Shown in pieces: positions 51,517 to 61,254 of a DNA stretch of 64,000 bases; within the stretch, counting starts at the first letter, position 1; the number at the start of each line of letters is the position of its first letter. Source of the stretch: Nitrosopumilaceae archaeon (lineage in GTDB: Archaea; Thermoproteota; Nitrososphaeria; Nitrososphaerales; Nitrosopumilaceae); NCBI GenBank assembly GCA_965207375.1, contig OZ242274.1:416001-480000 (forward strand). The letters are read 5' to 3'. The notes below the pieces were generated by a model. It searched no databases and had not been told where the DNA came from. It was given only the letters and a program-made list of their open reading frames with translations. The position numbers and the translations under genes were made by a program.

Positions 51517-52287
51517 TTAATCTCTTACAACGGGAAGATCTATTTTATTTCCCCACTCTCCCCAAGAGCCAAGATACACCCTGACATTTGTAAATCCAAT
51601 TTTTTTAAGAGTCAAAAATGAATTAGCTGCCCTGTATGCACCCTGACAGTAAGTTACAATGTCAGAGTCTTTTGGAATATCATATAATTTCTCTAATTCT
51701 GCACCGTCTTTGATGGTTCCTGTGTCATTGATGTTTTTGTTCCAGTCAATGTTGACTGCATTAGGAATGTGTCCAGAGTTTGCAGCCCTGATTATAGTTC
51801 CATCGTATTCGCCTTTGGAGCGAGCATCAATTATGGTCAGCTTTTCTAAATTATCCACAATGTACTGGTACCCAGATATTACATCTGGATTGATTTTTCC
51901 AGAAAATTGAGATGGTGAAAATCCGCAAAGCGTAGTCTCAATGGAATACTGCCAGTTGGATATTCCGCCATCTAACATTGATACATCCGGATGTGAAAAG
52001 TACATCAGCATCCAAACTCCTCTGGCTGCAAGCATGCCAGACACATCATCATAAAACACAACCTTTTTTGTAGAATCAACACCTGCAAAAGATAACAGTT
52101 GTCTGGCTTGTTCATTAAATGTTTCAATTCCTTTCTTTGTAGTATCAAACCAGTGAAATGCAAACAGATCCAAGTTGACGGCCCCCGGAATGTGTCCTTT
52201 GCAGTATTTTTGAAAAGAGCGACAGTCAACTAGTACCAGATTTGGGTCTGCCAAAAGCCTTTCAAGTTGTGCTGCGGCAATGAACAT
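51517..52287 (-). CDS. Sulfurtransferase (two-domain rhodanese)
   Basis: GHIPGAV, AARGVWML, GHIPNA, TYCQGAYRAA and YLGSWGEW. Confidence 0.93.
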   Translation of the reverse strand: MFIAAAQLERLLADPNLVLVDCRSFQKYCKGHIPGAVNLDLFAFHWFDTTKKGIETFNEQARQLLSFAGVDSTKKVVFYDDVSGMLAARGVWMLMYFSHPDVSMLDGGISNWQYSIETTLCGFSPSQFSGKINPDVISGYQYIVDNLEKLTIIDARSKGEYDGTIIRAANSGHIPNAVNIDWNKNINDTGTIKDGAELEKLYDIPKDSDIVTYCQGAYRAANSFLTLKKIGFTNVRVYLGSWGEWGNKIDLPVVRD

Positions 52288-52355
52288 GTTTTAGGTAAAA
52301 ATTCAATCCCTATAAACTCGTTTGAAGATAAAAAGGAAAAAGAAAAGGAATTTTT

Positions 52356-53918
52356 CTATTCATTGACGTATGCTCTTTCACCGTGTTGTGCAAGATCGAG
52401 ACCAATCTCCTCTTCTTTAGGAGTGACTCTTATTCCACCAGGCCAGACAGCGTCCATCACTTTGAGTATTACAACAGTAACACCAAATGCATAGCCTATT
52501 GAGATTGCAGCACCAATGATGCTGATAGCTTGTTGTTCGTATCCTTCCGGAGTACCAGTCCATGCACCAATACCGTCACCGGTATCCCAAACATGCGGAC
52601 TTGCCAATGTACCAGTCAAAATTGCACCTGTGAGACCACCCATTCCATGTACTCCCCATACATCGAGTGCATCGTCCCATTTGCGAGCGTTTTTGAATGC
52701 CACACAAGCGTAACAAACTGTTCCTGCTGCGATACCCATGATAATAGCGGCCATTGGTCCAACCCAACCAGAAGCTGGTGTGATTGTAACAAGTCCCGCT
52801 ACTGCACCGGTTGCAGCGCCGACTATACTTGGTTTACCTGTATGAGCCCAGCTCATCAATACCCAAGTAACTGTAGCCATACCAGTAGCTATGTTAGTAA
52901 CTACCCAAGCACTAACTGTGATTCCGTCTACCATTACTTCACTTCCTGCGTTAAAGCCGAACCAACCAAACCATAGAATGGATGCACCAAGTACAACCAT
53001 TGGAACGTTGTGTGGTTCCATTGGAACTTTTCCATAACCGAGTCTTCGGCCAAGGATTAAAGCTCCTGCCAATGCAGAGAATCCTGAAGATATGTGTACG
53101 ACAGTACCGCCAGCAAAGTCAAGTGCAAAGCTTGGTGACAGATCTGGATCTAGATCTATGGCACCTCCTCCGATGTATCCACCACCCCATACCCAGTGGG
53201 CAATTGGATCGTAGACAAATGTTCCCCATAAGAGGACAAAGATAACTAGTGCACTGAATTTTATTCTGTCAATTAGACCACCAACAATTAGTGCTGGGGT
53301 GATAATTGCGAATGTGCCTTGGAATGCCATGAATAGTTGATGTGGAACAGTTCCAGGCCAACCCTGACTACAAATTTCATCTTCATGGAATACCTGCATC
53401 TGATAGGCTGCAGACCACGTATCAGTACAAGGTCCTGCTTCACCTAAAGGTGCATAAGCTGAAACTTGATTGAGTCCAGCATAATCAAAGCTACCCATGA
53501 ATAGGTTTGCGTCATTATCGATTGGTCCGAAAGCTAGTGTATATCCAACGACAGTCCATTGTACTGCCATTAGACCCATGATGACAAAGGTCATACCAAT
53601 AACGTTTACTGCGTTCTTTGATCTGGCCAAACCACCATAGAAGAATGCTACACCAGGGGTCATAAATAAGACCAATGATGATGCAACCAGCATAAATGAT
53701 GTATCTCCTGTATCAATTCTACAGGGCAACATATTGCCTTCGCCATCATCAAACCAACACTCGTTTGGATTGCCTGTGTAAATTCCACTAGTTCCCATAA
53801 CATATCCGTCCATTCCATCGCTAACTTGTTGTGCAAATGCCTGAGACATTGCACCAGTTGCGGTAATGGCTACGGCTGCCACAAGTAATAGAGCATACTT
53901 GTGGTTCCTAGAATTCAT
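52356..53918 (-). CDS. amt: Ammonium transporter (Amt family)
   Basis: FMTPGVAFFYGG, FQGTFAIIT, DFAGGTVVH, WFGWFGFNAGS and DDALDVWGVHG; N-terminal leader with Cys-containing extension. Confidence 0.97.
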   Translation of the reverse strand: MNSRNHKYALLLVAAVAITATGAMSQAFAQQVSDGMDGYVMGTSGIYTGNPNECWFDDGEGNMLPCRIDTGDTSFMLVASSLVLFMTPGVAFFYGGLARSKNAVNVIGMTFVIMGLMAVQWTVVGYTLAFGPIDNDANLFMGSFDYAGLNQVSAYAPLGEAGPCTDTWSAAYQMQVFHEDEICSQGWPGTVPHQLFMAFQGTFAIITPALIVGGLIDRIKFSALVIFVLLWGTFVYDPIAHWVWGGGYIGGGAIDLDPDLSPSFALDFAGGTVVHISSGFSALAGALILGRRLGYGKVPMEPHNVPMVVLGASILWFGWFGFNAGSEVMVDGITVSAWVVTNIATGMATVTWVLMSWAHTGKPSIVGAATGAVAGLVTITPASGWVGPMAAIIMGIAAGTVCYACVAFKNARKWDDALDVWGVHGMGGLTGAILTGTLASPHVWDTGDGIGAWTGTPEGYEQQAISIIGAAISIGYAFGVTVVILKVMDAVWPGGIRVTPKEEEIGLDLAQHGERAYVNE

Positions 53919-54051
53919 TGATCAAAAAAAATTTTAAAATTATATAAGCATAGAGATTTTAAAATTAAAAAAAAAGTAAATAGTTATATTTTACTATACC
54001 ATGATAGTATCATAAATTGAAGAAATTATGTTACTATATAGAGGCAATACC

Positions 54052-54726
54052 ATGACAAAATCAGACAGACTGGCCATATTTGATACGTTTAAGACAAAAC
54101 CGAATCAATTAACAGGTGAGGCTAGACGGCAGAGGGCCATAATCACAATTCTTGCACAGAGTATGACTCCAACTGAAAACACAAGAACCTCCATTGCACA
54201 AAATATCGCACAAATCAACAAAGTTCCATGGAAGAATATCTATTCGGGTATTTTCAGAGATTTTGATAAAATTCTCATACCGCTAAAGCTAGTAAGCGAG
54301 GAAGGCAGACTACCCCTAAAGCGCGGTCCAAAGGCACTGCAAGAGGAGGGGGTCCCGTTTTACAGATTGACAGAGACGGGCAAAATAGTAGCGTTATCAT
54401 TTGACTCTATAGTCAGGGACAAGGTTTTAAAGAAATTCTTCAAGGATGTCAAATCCAATGATCAAATCGGCATGATTTCAGAATTAAGCAAGACTGCCCC
54501 AAGGTTGGTATATTCAATATTTGAAGACTATGTACGCGGATATTGTGATGGAAAAATTACAGAACTTGTGCCCATTTCATCAGAGAAAATAATGCAGACG
54601 CAGGGGGAATTTTTGCCAATGTGTATAGAACTGTTAGATACGTTTATGAAATTATCAAAATCAGACAAGGAAAAGATGTCTGGTTTCTTAGATTCCATAT
54701 CTAGGCGTGAATCTGCCAAACATTAA
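54052..54726 (+). CDS. Conserved thaumarchaeal winged-helix protein divergent from amt
   Basis: RQRAIITILA..TRTSIAQNIA..WKNIYSGIFRD...PFYRLTETGKIVA. Confidence 0.7.
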   Translation: MTKSDRLAIFDTFKTKPNQLTGEARRQRAIITILAQSMTPTENTRTSIAQNIAQINKVPWKNIYSGIFRDFDKILIPLKLVSEEGRLPLKRGPKALQEEGVPFYRLTETGKIVALSFDSIVRDKVLKKFFKDVKSNDQIGMISELSKTAPRLVYSIFEDYVRGYCDGKITELVPISSEKIMQTQGEFLPMCIELLDTFMKLSKSDKEKMSGFLDSISRRESAKH

Positions 54727-54751
54727 AATCAGTTACTAATTCAGACGGCAC

Positions 54752-55795
54752 ATGGGTCAGGGCTCTAAAAACGTCTATGCTTCAGTAAAGTCATACAGTC
54801 TTAGAGGCAAGCTGCTCTCAAGAGGAGATCTGCAGACATTGGCAGAATCTAGGGACTTGGAGGAGCTCATTACAAGAATAAAAAATACAGTTTATGCCGA
54901 ATCCGTTTCAGGACTCTCAAAGCCATACTCTGCACAGTCCATAGAAAATGCATTAAGAAGTCATCTTGCAGATGTTCATTATTCTATCGCAAAGACGTCT
55001 GGCGGCTCGGGAGTACTAGATGCATATTATCTTAAATTCATAATTACAAATCTAAAGTTAATTCTAAAGGGCAAGGCATTGGGAAAATCACAAGAAGAGA
55101 TAGAGCCGCACATCAACCTTCATGCAGAGGAGTTGATCAAAAAAAGAGATGTAATTATCAAGGCACTTGTTGCAAAAGATCTTGAAGAGGCAGTAGCAAG
55201 CCTCAACTCTGTAAGGATGAGCGAAGACATTGCAAAGGCTGCAGTCCTGTATGCAGATAAAAAGCAACTCCAGATTTTTGATACATATTTTGACAAGATT
55301 CTGTATTCTCACCTAGGACGCTCAAGACAGGGTGCAGGAGACAGCGAGGCAGTCAGGCTTGTTGGAACAGATATCGACTTTTACAATATTCTAAGTACAT
55401 TAAGAGCAAAGTTTTGGGGTCTAGATGAATCGCAGGTACAGGACCTAATTGTATCTGCTACTCCGGGTGCCCCAAGGGATCTTTTGACTAGGATGTCGGC
55501 AGCTGCAACCCTAAGGGACGCATTTGGAGAGCTGTCAGCTACGCGTTACAAGAATCTGATTCCGCAGACCGAAAACGACCTAGATGCACTAGCCGAATTT
55601 GAAAGGGCCTTTGAGATCTACATGTACGAGGCAGCTAACAGGGCATTTAACAAAATGTTTAGTTTTGGTACAGTCATAGGGATTACAAAGCTGACCTCAT
55701 ATGAGGTTAGAAACCTAGCAGCCATAGCATTTGCAGTAGAGCAAAAGATTCCAACTGCAACTACAATGTCAAAACTCATTGTAAAAGAGGAATAA
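54752..55795 (+). CDS. atpC: A-type ATP synthase subunit C
   Basis: YASVKSYSLRGKLL, NLKLILKGK, DIDFYNILSTLRAK and YEVRNLAAI. Confidence 0.92.
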   Translation: MGQGSKNVYASVKSYSLRGKLLSRGDLQTLAESRDLEELITRIKNTVYAESVSGLSKPYSAQSIENALRSHLADVHYSIAKTSGGSGVLDAYYLKFIITNLKLILKGKALGKSQEEIEPHINLHAEELIKKRDVIIKALVAKDLEEAVASLNSVRMSEDIAKAAVLYADKKQLQIFDTYFDKILYSHLGRSRQGAGDSEAVRLVGTDIDFYNILSTLRAKFWGLDESQVQDLIVSATPGAPRDLLTRMSAAATLRDAFGELSATRYKNLIPQTENDLDALAEFERAFEIYMYEAANRAFNKMFSFGTVIGITKLTSYEVRNLAAIAFAVEQKIPTATTMSKLIVKEE

Positions 55796-55806
55796 TCTAG
55801 GTTCCA

Positions 55807-56043
55807 ATGATTAGATTTCCAGGCAAGAAAAACGGCGTTTCATCTGAGGTACTCATCAAAATGATATGGGTCAGTAGCTTTTTGGCCATGATTTTTACGT
55901 TGCCAGCATTGGGAATCTTTTTGGGAATTTACTATACCACAGGAAATTTAATTGTGGGTGCTGTCTTGGGTTTTGGAGTACACTTTGTGACTCTGGCCTT
56001 TTCTGCAAAAATATCAAGGCGTCTGACCAGACTAATCAGCTAA
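55807..56043 (+). CDS. Small two-TM membrane protein
   Basis: Two hydrophobic helices; 11 nt downstream of atpC. Confidence 0.7.
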   Translation: MIRFPGKKNGVSSEVLIKMIWVSSFLAMIFTLPALGIFLGIYYTTGNLIVGAVLGFGVHFVTLAFSAKISRRLTRLIS

Positions 56044-56076
56044 CCTATAAGGATCTATTTTGTACGGTACACTATC

Positions 56077-56727
56077 ATGATGGGAGACAGAGACTTTAGA
56101 AGAGTAATCAAAAGTGCAGTAGATTCGATAGGAAAGGAGCTGGACATACAGATTGATGTCAAAGATAATAAAACAATACATCTTCACGAAACGGTACGAT
56201 GTCTTAGACGTGCATATTATGACAGAGTTGATCCGCTTGAGGTTAAGCGTGGCGGATTCAACGAGTTGCTTGGCGGCCTGTTGCAAAAATACGGTTATGG
56301 TAGCAAGCCTGCGACATTTGACATCGATGAGATAAAGCTAAGGGGGCAGGCAGACATGATTGTAGATGACGCAATAATATTGTTTAGATCAGCAGCTGTG
56401 ACGCCAGATAATCCACACGCATCTGATGTATTGTTTCTAAATGCGTGTTTATGGATATACAACAAGTTTGACGGGGTTGTGGTGTATATTTCAGGGGACA
56501 GGCAGGAGGCATCATTTTCTGTTACACGCAACAAAAAGATGTTTGAGGAGGTCATCAGAAGGGTTAGGGTTCTTGGCAATCTGCTTGATGAGGGAAAAAC
56601 TCCTATTTTAGAGCCATCTGCACAGTGTGATGACTGCCAGTACTATGAGAGATGTTACATGAAGGAACGTGTAGGCAAATCGTTTAATCTCAAAGAGTTA
56701 ATCGGCATTGACACTAGTGACAAATAG
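56077..56727 (+). CDS. Solo Cas4-like PD-(D/E)XK protein with Fe-S cysteines and degenerate active site
   Basis: CLRRAYY plus CDDCQYYERC (four Cys); GQAD retained, but ExK is replaced by LFRS. Confidence 0.75.
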   Translation: MMGDRDFRRVIKSAVDSIGKELDIQIDVKDNKTIHLHETVRCLRRAYYDRVDPLEVKRGGFNELLGGLLQKYGYGSKPATFDIDEIKLRGQADMIVDDAIILFRSAAVTPDNPHASDVLFLNACLWIYNKFDGVVVYISGDRQEASFSVTRNKKMFEEVIRRVRVLGNLLDEGKTPILEPSAQCDDCQYYERCYMKERVGKSFNLKELIGIDTSDK

Positions 56728-56752
56728 AAAAATATTGAAGGAGTAATTCCTT

Positions 56753-56863
56753 TTAATCTAGTGGTTCTGGATGTCCCTTGCCACGCAGTGCAAAGCAGAC
56801 TACTGCAAGTGCAATTGAGACACCTATTGCTGAGCCAAATGCGGCCATTGATGCTTCTGCCAT
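56753..56863 (-). CDS. 36-aa single-TM small protein (not in the ORF track)
   Basis: MAEASMAAFGSAIGVSIALAVVCFALRGKGHPEPLD; TATA-like element upstream. Confidence 0.6.
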   Translation of the reverse strand: MAEASMAAFGSAIGVSIALAVVCFALRGKGHPEPLD

Positions 56864-56956
56864 AGAAAATTTTGGCAGGATTAGATCATATATAATTATG
56901 TTAAATTTTTTTTATTTAAAATAAATAATCATAATATTAGAATTTTATGATACTAT

Positions 56957-57505
56957 CTATTTTTCAAGTTCAAACTTGACACTATTTTCTCCTCCGGCAG
57001 TCATTGAACTCAGATTGAAAAATGCCTCACCTGTAACTCTCCAATCGCCACTGTCTGCATACAATATACTCCAGAGTTCTGGGGTATCTCCCGTGTTTCT
57101 CAAGGTGATTGTATCAGACAAGGATGTATGCGAGCCGCTCAAGACGGTGTAAAAGTTAGAGCCTTCAACAAAGCCTTCAAATCTGTCCCCTATTTGTCCT
57201 GCATGAATCCTCAAATCACCTTCAAAAACCTGATACGTTACAAACTGCAAAATAACAGATCTCTGGTTGGGGTTGGATATTTTGAATTTAACGTCAATTA
57301 CAGCATACTCGTCATTGATTTCGACTGTTTGGAGTTTTTCTAGTTGTACATCCAAAGACAGGACAGGAGACGGCGGATTCTGTGGAGACGTCAAAAGTCC
57401 CCTATCAGAGGTGTCATCAATGATACTTTGGCCAGAAAATGCAATTGCTGCAATTACTACAACAGTTGCTGCAATTGCTGCGCCCACAAAGATCTTGGGA
57501 TTCAT
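56957..57505 (-). CDS. Membrane-anchored LEA_2/WHy-like protein
   Basis: N-terminal TM; FKISNPN..VILQFVTY signature. Confidence 0.6.
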   Translation of the reverse strand: MNPKIFVGAAIAATVVVIAAIAFSGQSIIDDTSDRGLLTSPQNPPSPVLSLDVQLEKLQTVEINDEYAVIDVKFKISNPNQRSVILQFVTYQVFEGDLRIHAGQIGDRFEGFVEGSNFYTVLSGSHTSLSDTITLRNTGDTPELWSILYADSGDWRVTGEAFFNLSSMTAGGENSVKFELEK

Positions 57506-57574
57506 GATCACACGTTAATGTGCCGATGTCTTAAATGTTTAAGATAATTATAGTGATGGGATCAGAGATGATAT

Positions 57575-57925
57575 GTGCAGTATTTTCAGGCAGTACAGAC
57601 AGGAAAGCGGCGGGCAGCAAAATCACAGATGAAGCTGTTTGAGGTTGCAGGATTTGCCATGCTGACACTTACTACAAAAAAGATAAACGGAAAGTTTGAG
57701 CCCGTCGGAGAAAAAGACTACGCAGCAATTATTCAAAATCAGGATGGATTCATAACACTGCTTGCAGATACTGATGGATTTACAAAGGCGCAGACAAAGG
57801 CGTTATTAAAAGAGGAGGCACTTGCAATATACAAAAAATTAAGGACAGATACTGATGAGTTTACAGGTAAATCAATTGAGATCTGGACTGAGAGTTTTCC
57901 AACTATCCAGAAGACCTTAGAATGA
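57575..57925 (+). CDS. Conserved thaumarchaeal hypothetical protein
   Basis: 116-aa [20 protein letters not shown]...DGFTKAQTK. Confidence 0.65.
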   Translation: MQYFQAVQTGKRRAAKSQMKLFEVAGFAMLTLTTKKINGKFEPVGEKDYAAIIQNQDGFITLLADTDGFTKAQTKALLKEEALAIYKKLRTDTDEFTGKSIEIWTESFPTIQKTLE

Positions 57926-58592
57926 TTTCGGTTCCAGGTGTTGCAGTACCACGAATCGCCTTTTCTAAAAGCTTGAGATCTGCCTTCATGATACGCGTCT
58001 TAATTTTTGAGCGCTCGATAATTTTGAGGGCAACTATATCCATGAGGTCATAGCCGCCTGCAACAGAGTCCTCATGTATCAGCATGCCTCGGAGCTGTTT
58101 CATTTCTATGCGCTTGAATTTTTTGGCCTTTTTGTATATGTTTGGATCCATGTCGTATACGCCGTCAACATCGGTAGCATTGATGAACTGTTCTGCTCTG
58201 ATTTTTTCTGCAATCAATGCAGCAGTGCCGTTGGTGCTTTGTCCGGGATGCAATCCTCCGGTAACGACAATCAATCCGCTGTTTACTGCATGTTTTGTTT
58301 CCTGTAAAGTAACAGGAGGATGCGAATACGCCTTGTTTTTTAAGGCATAAATTAGCAGCTTTGCGTTAAGCCGGGAAATTTCAATTCCTAGCTCGTCTAG
58401 TGTTGATTCATCTGCACCTGACGACCGTGCATGTGATATGTAGTGGCGAGCAATGGTGCCTCCGCCTGCAACTATTACAGGCTGGCAAAATTTGCTAATT
58501 TTTACAAAAAAGGCCGCATAGTCTTTGAGTGCTTTTACATTATCAATGCCAAACACGCGGCCTGAAATTTTAATGACTATTGGCTTTTTCAT
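57903..58592 (-). CDS. pyrH: UMP kinase
   Basis: [29 protein letters not shown] and [11 protein letters not shown]. Confidence 0.94.
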   Translation of the reverse strand: MKKPIVIKISGRVFGIDNVKALKDYAAFFVKISKFCQPVIVAGGGTIARHYISHARSSGADESTLDELGIEISRLNAKLLIYALKNKAYSHPPVTLQETKHAVNSGLIVVTGGLHPGQSTNGTAALIAEKIRAEQFINATDVDGVYDMDPNIYKKAKKFKRIEMKQLRGMLIHEDSVAGGYDLMDIVALKIIERSKIKTRIMKADLKLLEKAIRGTATPGTEIILRSSG

Positions 58593-59818
58593 CTAGTATC
58601 ACCTAGAATGCGGCGCGCTGCAATTTCAACTTTTTTTCTGTTTTTCTGGCTGGTATAAATTCTGAGAATATTCATAAAGCCAGACATTGCAGATACTAGC
58701 GGAATCTCAGATATGGGTAGACGTTGGGCACAAGACTTTACATTTTCATGAGATATCAAAATGATATACTGGGATTCTTGCTTTGAGGGTGATAACGGAA
58801 TAGACGGGGTGACTGAGCTGTCAACAAAGACATCAGATGGTACAATACGGGATTCTTTGGCAATTTTTGCCCGGATGTCTGCGTGGCTAGAGGTATAGGA
58901 CTTTTTGGAAAGTTGCTCATAGACACATTTGAAGAGTTTACGATTTTGATAGTTGTGGGCTAGATGACGGGCCCTTTGCAATTGCGGATTTTTAGATTTT
59001 ATTGACAACAATCTAGACATGATGATATCATCAGTCAGTGTGACATAATCCTCTAGTGTAAGAGAATCCAATCCGATTTCTTTGTATGCAAGTTTGATTG
59101 ATTCAAGCAGCATAACCTCCACAGATCGCACCGTCTTGTGAAAATAAACTGCTTTGAACATCTGATATCTAGAATGCATCATTGATTCAAACGAGTACAG
59201 GGCAGATTTTTCCAATGCAAGACTGTTTTTGTAGACGTCAAGTGAGTGGATCATTCTGATGTGATCGATTTTTGCATGTTCTGCTCCTGTATAATAGCCG
59301 TCCCGTAGCAGATAATCCATCATATCAGCACTTAGCGCGCCTGAAATTATCTCATTCATGAATTGCAGTTTGGATTTGCCAAATGCAAGCTTTGCAATAA
59401 ATTTTTTGTCAAATCCCAGACTAGATAAAATGTCGCCAATCTCGGTTTTGGTGATAATTTTTCTGCCCATATCTTCATGGGAGGTATTGTTCTGTAATGC
59501 CTCCTCAAACATGTGAGAGAATGGTCCGTGTCCAATATCATGCAAGAGGCCTGCGATTCGAAGATTTGCAACATCTTCTTGTTGTATAATATCTTTTTCA
59601 AGCAAGGCTGCCCCTGCAAGGCCTGCAATGTGCATGACGCCCAAAGAGTGCTCAAATCTAGTATGTTGTGCCCCAGGATAGGTAAGATGGGCACCTGATA
59701 GCTGCCTAATGCGTCTTAATCTTTGAAATATTGGACTGTCTATAATTTTTAATTCAGAGTCATACACGCGGATAAAATCATGAATGGGATCAATGATGTC
59801 TAGGTGGTTTTTTTTCAT
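58589..59818 (-). CDS. HD-domain phosphohydrolase (SAMHD1/dNTPase-like)
   Basis: [42 protein letters not shown] and VYFHKT. Confidence 0.92.
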   Translation of the reverse strand: MKKNHLDIIDPIHDFIRVYDSELKIIDSPIFQRLRRIRQLSGAHLTYPGAQHTRFEHSLGVMHIAGLAGAALLEKDIIQQEDVANLRIAGLLHDIGHGPFSHMFEEALQNNTSHEDMGRKIITKTEIGDILSSLGFDKKFIAKLAFGKSKLQFMNEIISGALSADMMDYLLRDGYYTGAEHAKIDHIRMIHSLDVYKNSLALEKSALYSFESMMHSRYQMFKAVYFHKTVRSVEVMLLESIKLAYKEIGLDSLTLEDYVTLTDDIIMSRLLSIKSKNPQLQRARHLAHNYQNRKLFKCVYEQLSKKSYTSSHADIRAKIAKESRIVPSDVFVDSSVTPSIPLSPSKQESQYIILISHENVKSCAQRLPISEIPLVSAMSGFMNILRIYTSQKNRKKVEIAARRILGDTR

Positions 59819-60396
59819 ATCCCTATCTTTTTGGCAAATATGCCCATTACATCCTGGTGAACCTGTTGCTGTGTTCTAGATGCATTGACTAGCTTCCAGC
59901 CCTTTTTCTTTGCTATTTTGCGATACGTTACTGTGATTTTTTTGAGGAACTTTTTGTCTTTTTCAAACCTGTCGCGGTTTGATTTTTTACGGTCAAAGGA
60001 TTGGCCCAGAGTTACATCAAGCAGTATTACAAGATCTGCCTTGGGCAATCCTGATTCAAGATTTTCCAGCCAATCCTGTTTTAGGCCGTTGACTAGTCCG
60101 TATACGATATTGGATTGATAGTATCGATTCATAATAAGAACAGAATTTTTTTTGTGTGCCTTGGAAATTGCCTCTAGGTTTTCCCACCTGTTTGCAGCAA
60201 GCAGGCAGTGAATTACCTGGGGCGGAAATTTTCTTTTTCCATCCAGATATTTTCTGATCTCTTTTCCCATGGGAGTCGTATAATCAGGAAAGCTAAAGGT
60301 TTTGGTTTTAATTTTATTTTTTTTAAGGGCCTTTTCTAGCAGGGCAGTCTGTGTTTTTTTGCCTGCCTGGTCTACACCTTCAATTACTACAATCAA
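59815..60396 (-). CDS. tmk: Thymidylate kinase
   Basis: IEGVDQAGKKTQ, LLAANRWE, MNRYYQSN and LPKADL. Confidence 0.94.
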   Translation of the reverse strand: MIVVIEGVDQAGKKTQTALLEKALKKNKIKTKTFSFPDYTTPMGKEIRKYLDGKRKFPPQVIHCLLAANRWENLEAISKAHKKNSVLIMNRYYQSNIVYGLVNGLKQDWLENLESGLPKADLVILLDVTLGQSFDRKKSNRDRFEKDKKFLKKITVTYRKIAKKKGWKLVNASRTQQQVHQDVMGIFAKKIGI

Positions 60397-60475
60397 GACG
60401 GTTTTGATTGGAATTAATTAATTAAAAATGCATGGATTGATTGTGTATTTTTGGCAGTATTTTCAGGCATGGAGT

Positions 60476-61144
60476 TTAATCTGTTTGGGCCTGTGCTTCT
60501 TTTTGCAATGCAAAGATCAGCATTTTATCTTGGGTGACTAGTTTGACATCATCTAGCGCTAAAGACATGCAAAGCAGGATGCAGTCAGTTTCTGAAAGTT
60601 CCTTTCCAAAGCTATCGACATATTTTTTGGACTCGTATAGCTCTCTTGCATTAATTACGGGTTCTTTTGCATGATCAAGCTGTATCTTATCAACTGTTCC
60701 AATCGTTTCTAATCTGTCAATTATTTGCTGGGTGGTAACTGATATGTCGTATTTGTGTTTTTCCATGTGCTGTGTTTCAATCAGTATCCTGTCTAGTACA
60801 ACCAACCTTATGGGATCGTAAATGTCTTTGACAAATTCGTGTATTGGTTTGCCGTTGATTAGATGATGAATTATTACAGTATCAAGCAAGAGTCCGATGG
60901 TTTTAAGGGATTGTTGGTCAGAGATAATGGAGATTTCAGGCAATTCATCTAGCATTGAATCAATCTTGCCAAATAGGGCCGCCTTGCCGCCGGTGGGCTT
61001 TGCCAATAAATTTCCGCAGAATTTACAGTTAACGGTGCTTTTTGCCATGGTAAAGACGATACTTGCAGAGCTGCACGATTGGCATTTGATTTTTACAAAT
61101 CTGCTATCTGGCACAGGCATCTTATCGTAAATTGTCAATACCAT
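60476..61144 (-). CDS. Ribosomal protein eS27-like Zn-ribbon fused to a PIN-domain nuclease
   Basis: PDSRFVKIKCQSC..IVF...VNCKFCGNLLAKPTGGKA (S27e); LLLDTVII...ILIE...LSETDC...LVTQD (PIN acidic tetrad). Confidence 0.8.
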   Translation of the reverse strand: MVLTIYDKMPVPDSRFVKIKCQSCSSASIVFTMAKSTVNCKFCGNLLAKPTGGKAALFGKIDSMLDELPEISIISDQQSLKTIGLLLDTVIIHHLINGKPIHEFVKDIYDPIRLVVLDRILIETQHMEKHKYDISVTTQQIIDRLETIGTVDKIQLDHAKEPVINARELYESKKYVDSFGKELSETDCILLCMSLALDDVKLVTQDKMLIFALQKEAQAQTD

Positions 61145-61254
61145 GTATTGTAACGTAAAGTAATATGCTTTTATGATGCCTAGGCCAAAGTGTCTAAATC
61201 CGGCAGGCACTGTACCAGGCTGTGCGGTAAAGCATCTCAAGTGTATTGTAGAAT

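Noticed and set aside
56077-56727. CRISPR-Cas system suggested by the Cas4-like gene
   Set aside because: No repeat-spacer array and no cas1/cas2 or effector genes were seen in the window
60950-61144. Ordinary ribosomal protein S27e gene
   Set aside because: There is no stop after the S27e domain, it is fused in frame to PIN, and it is not in the usual L44e/aIF2-alpha context
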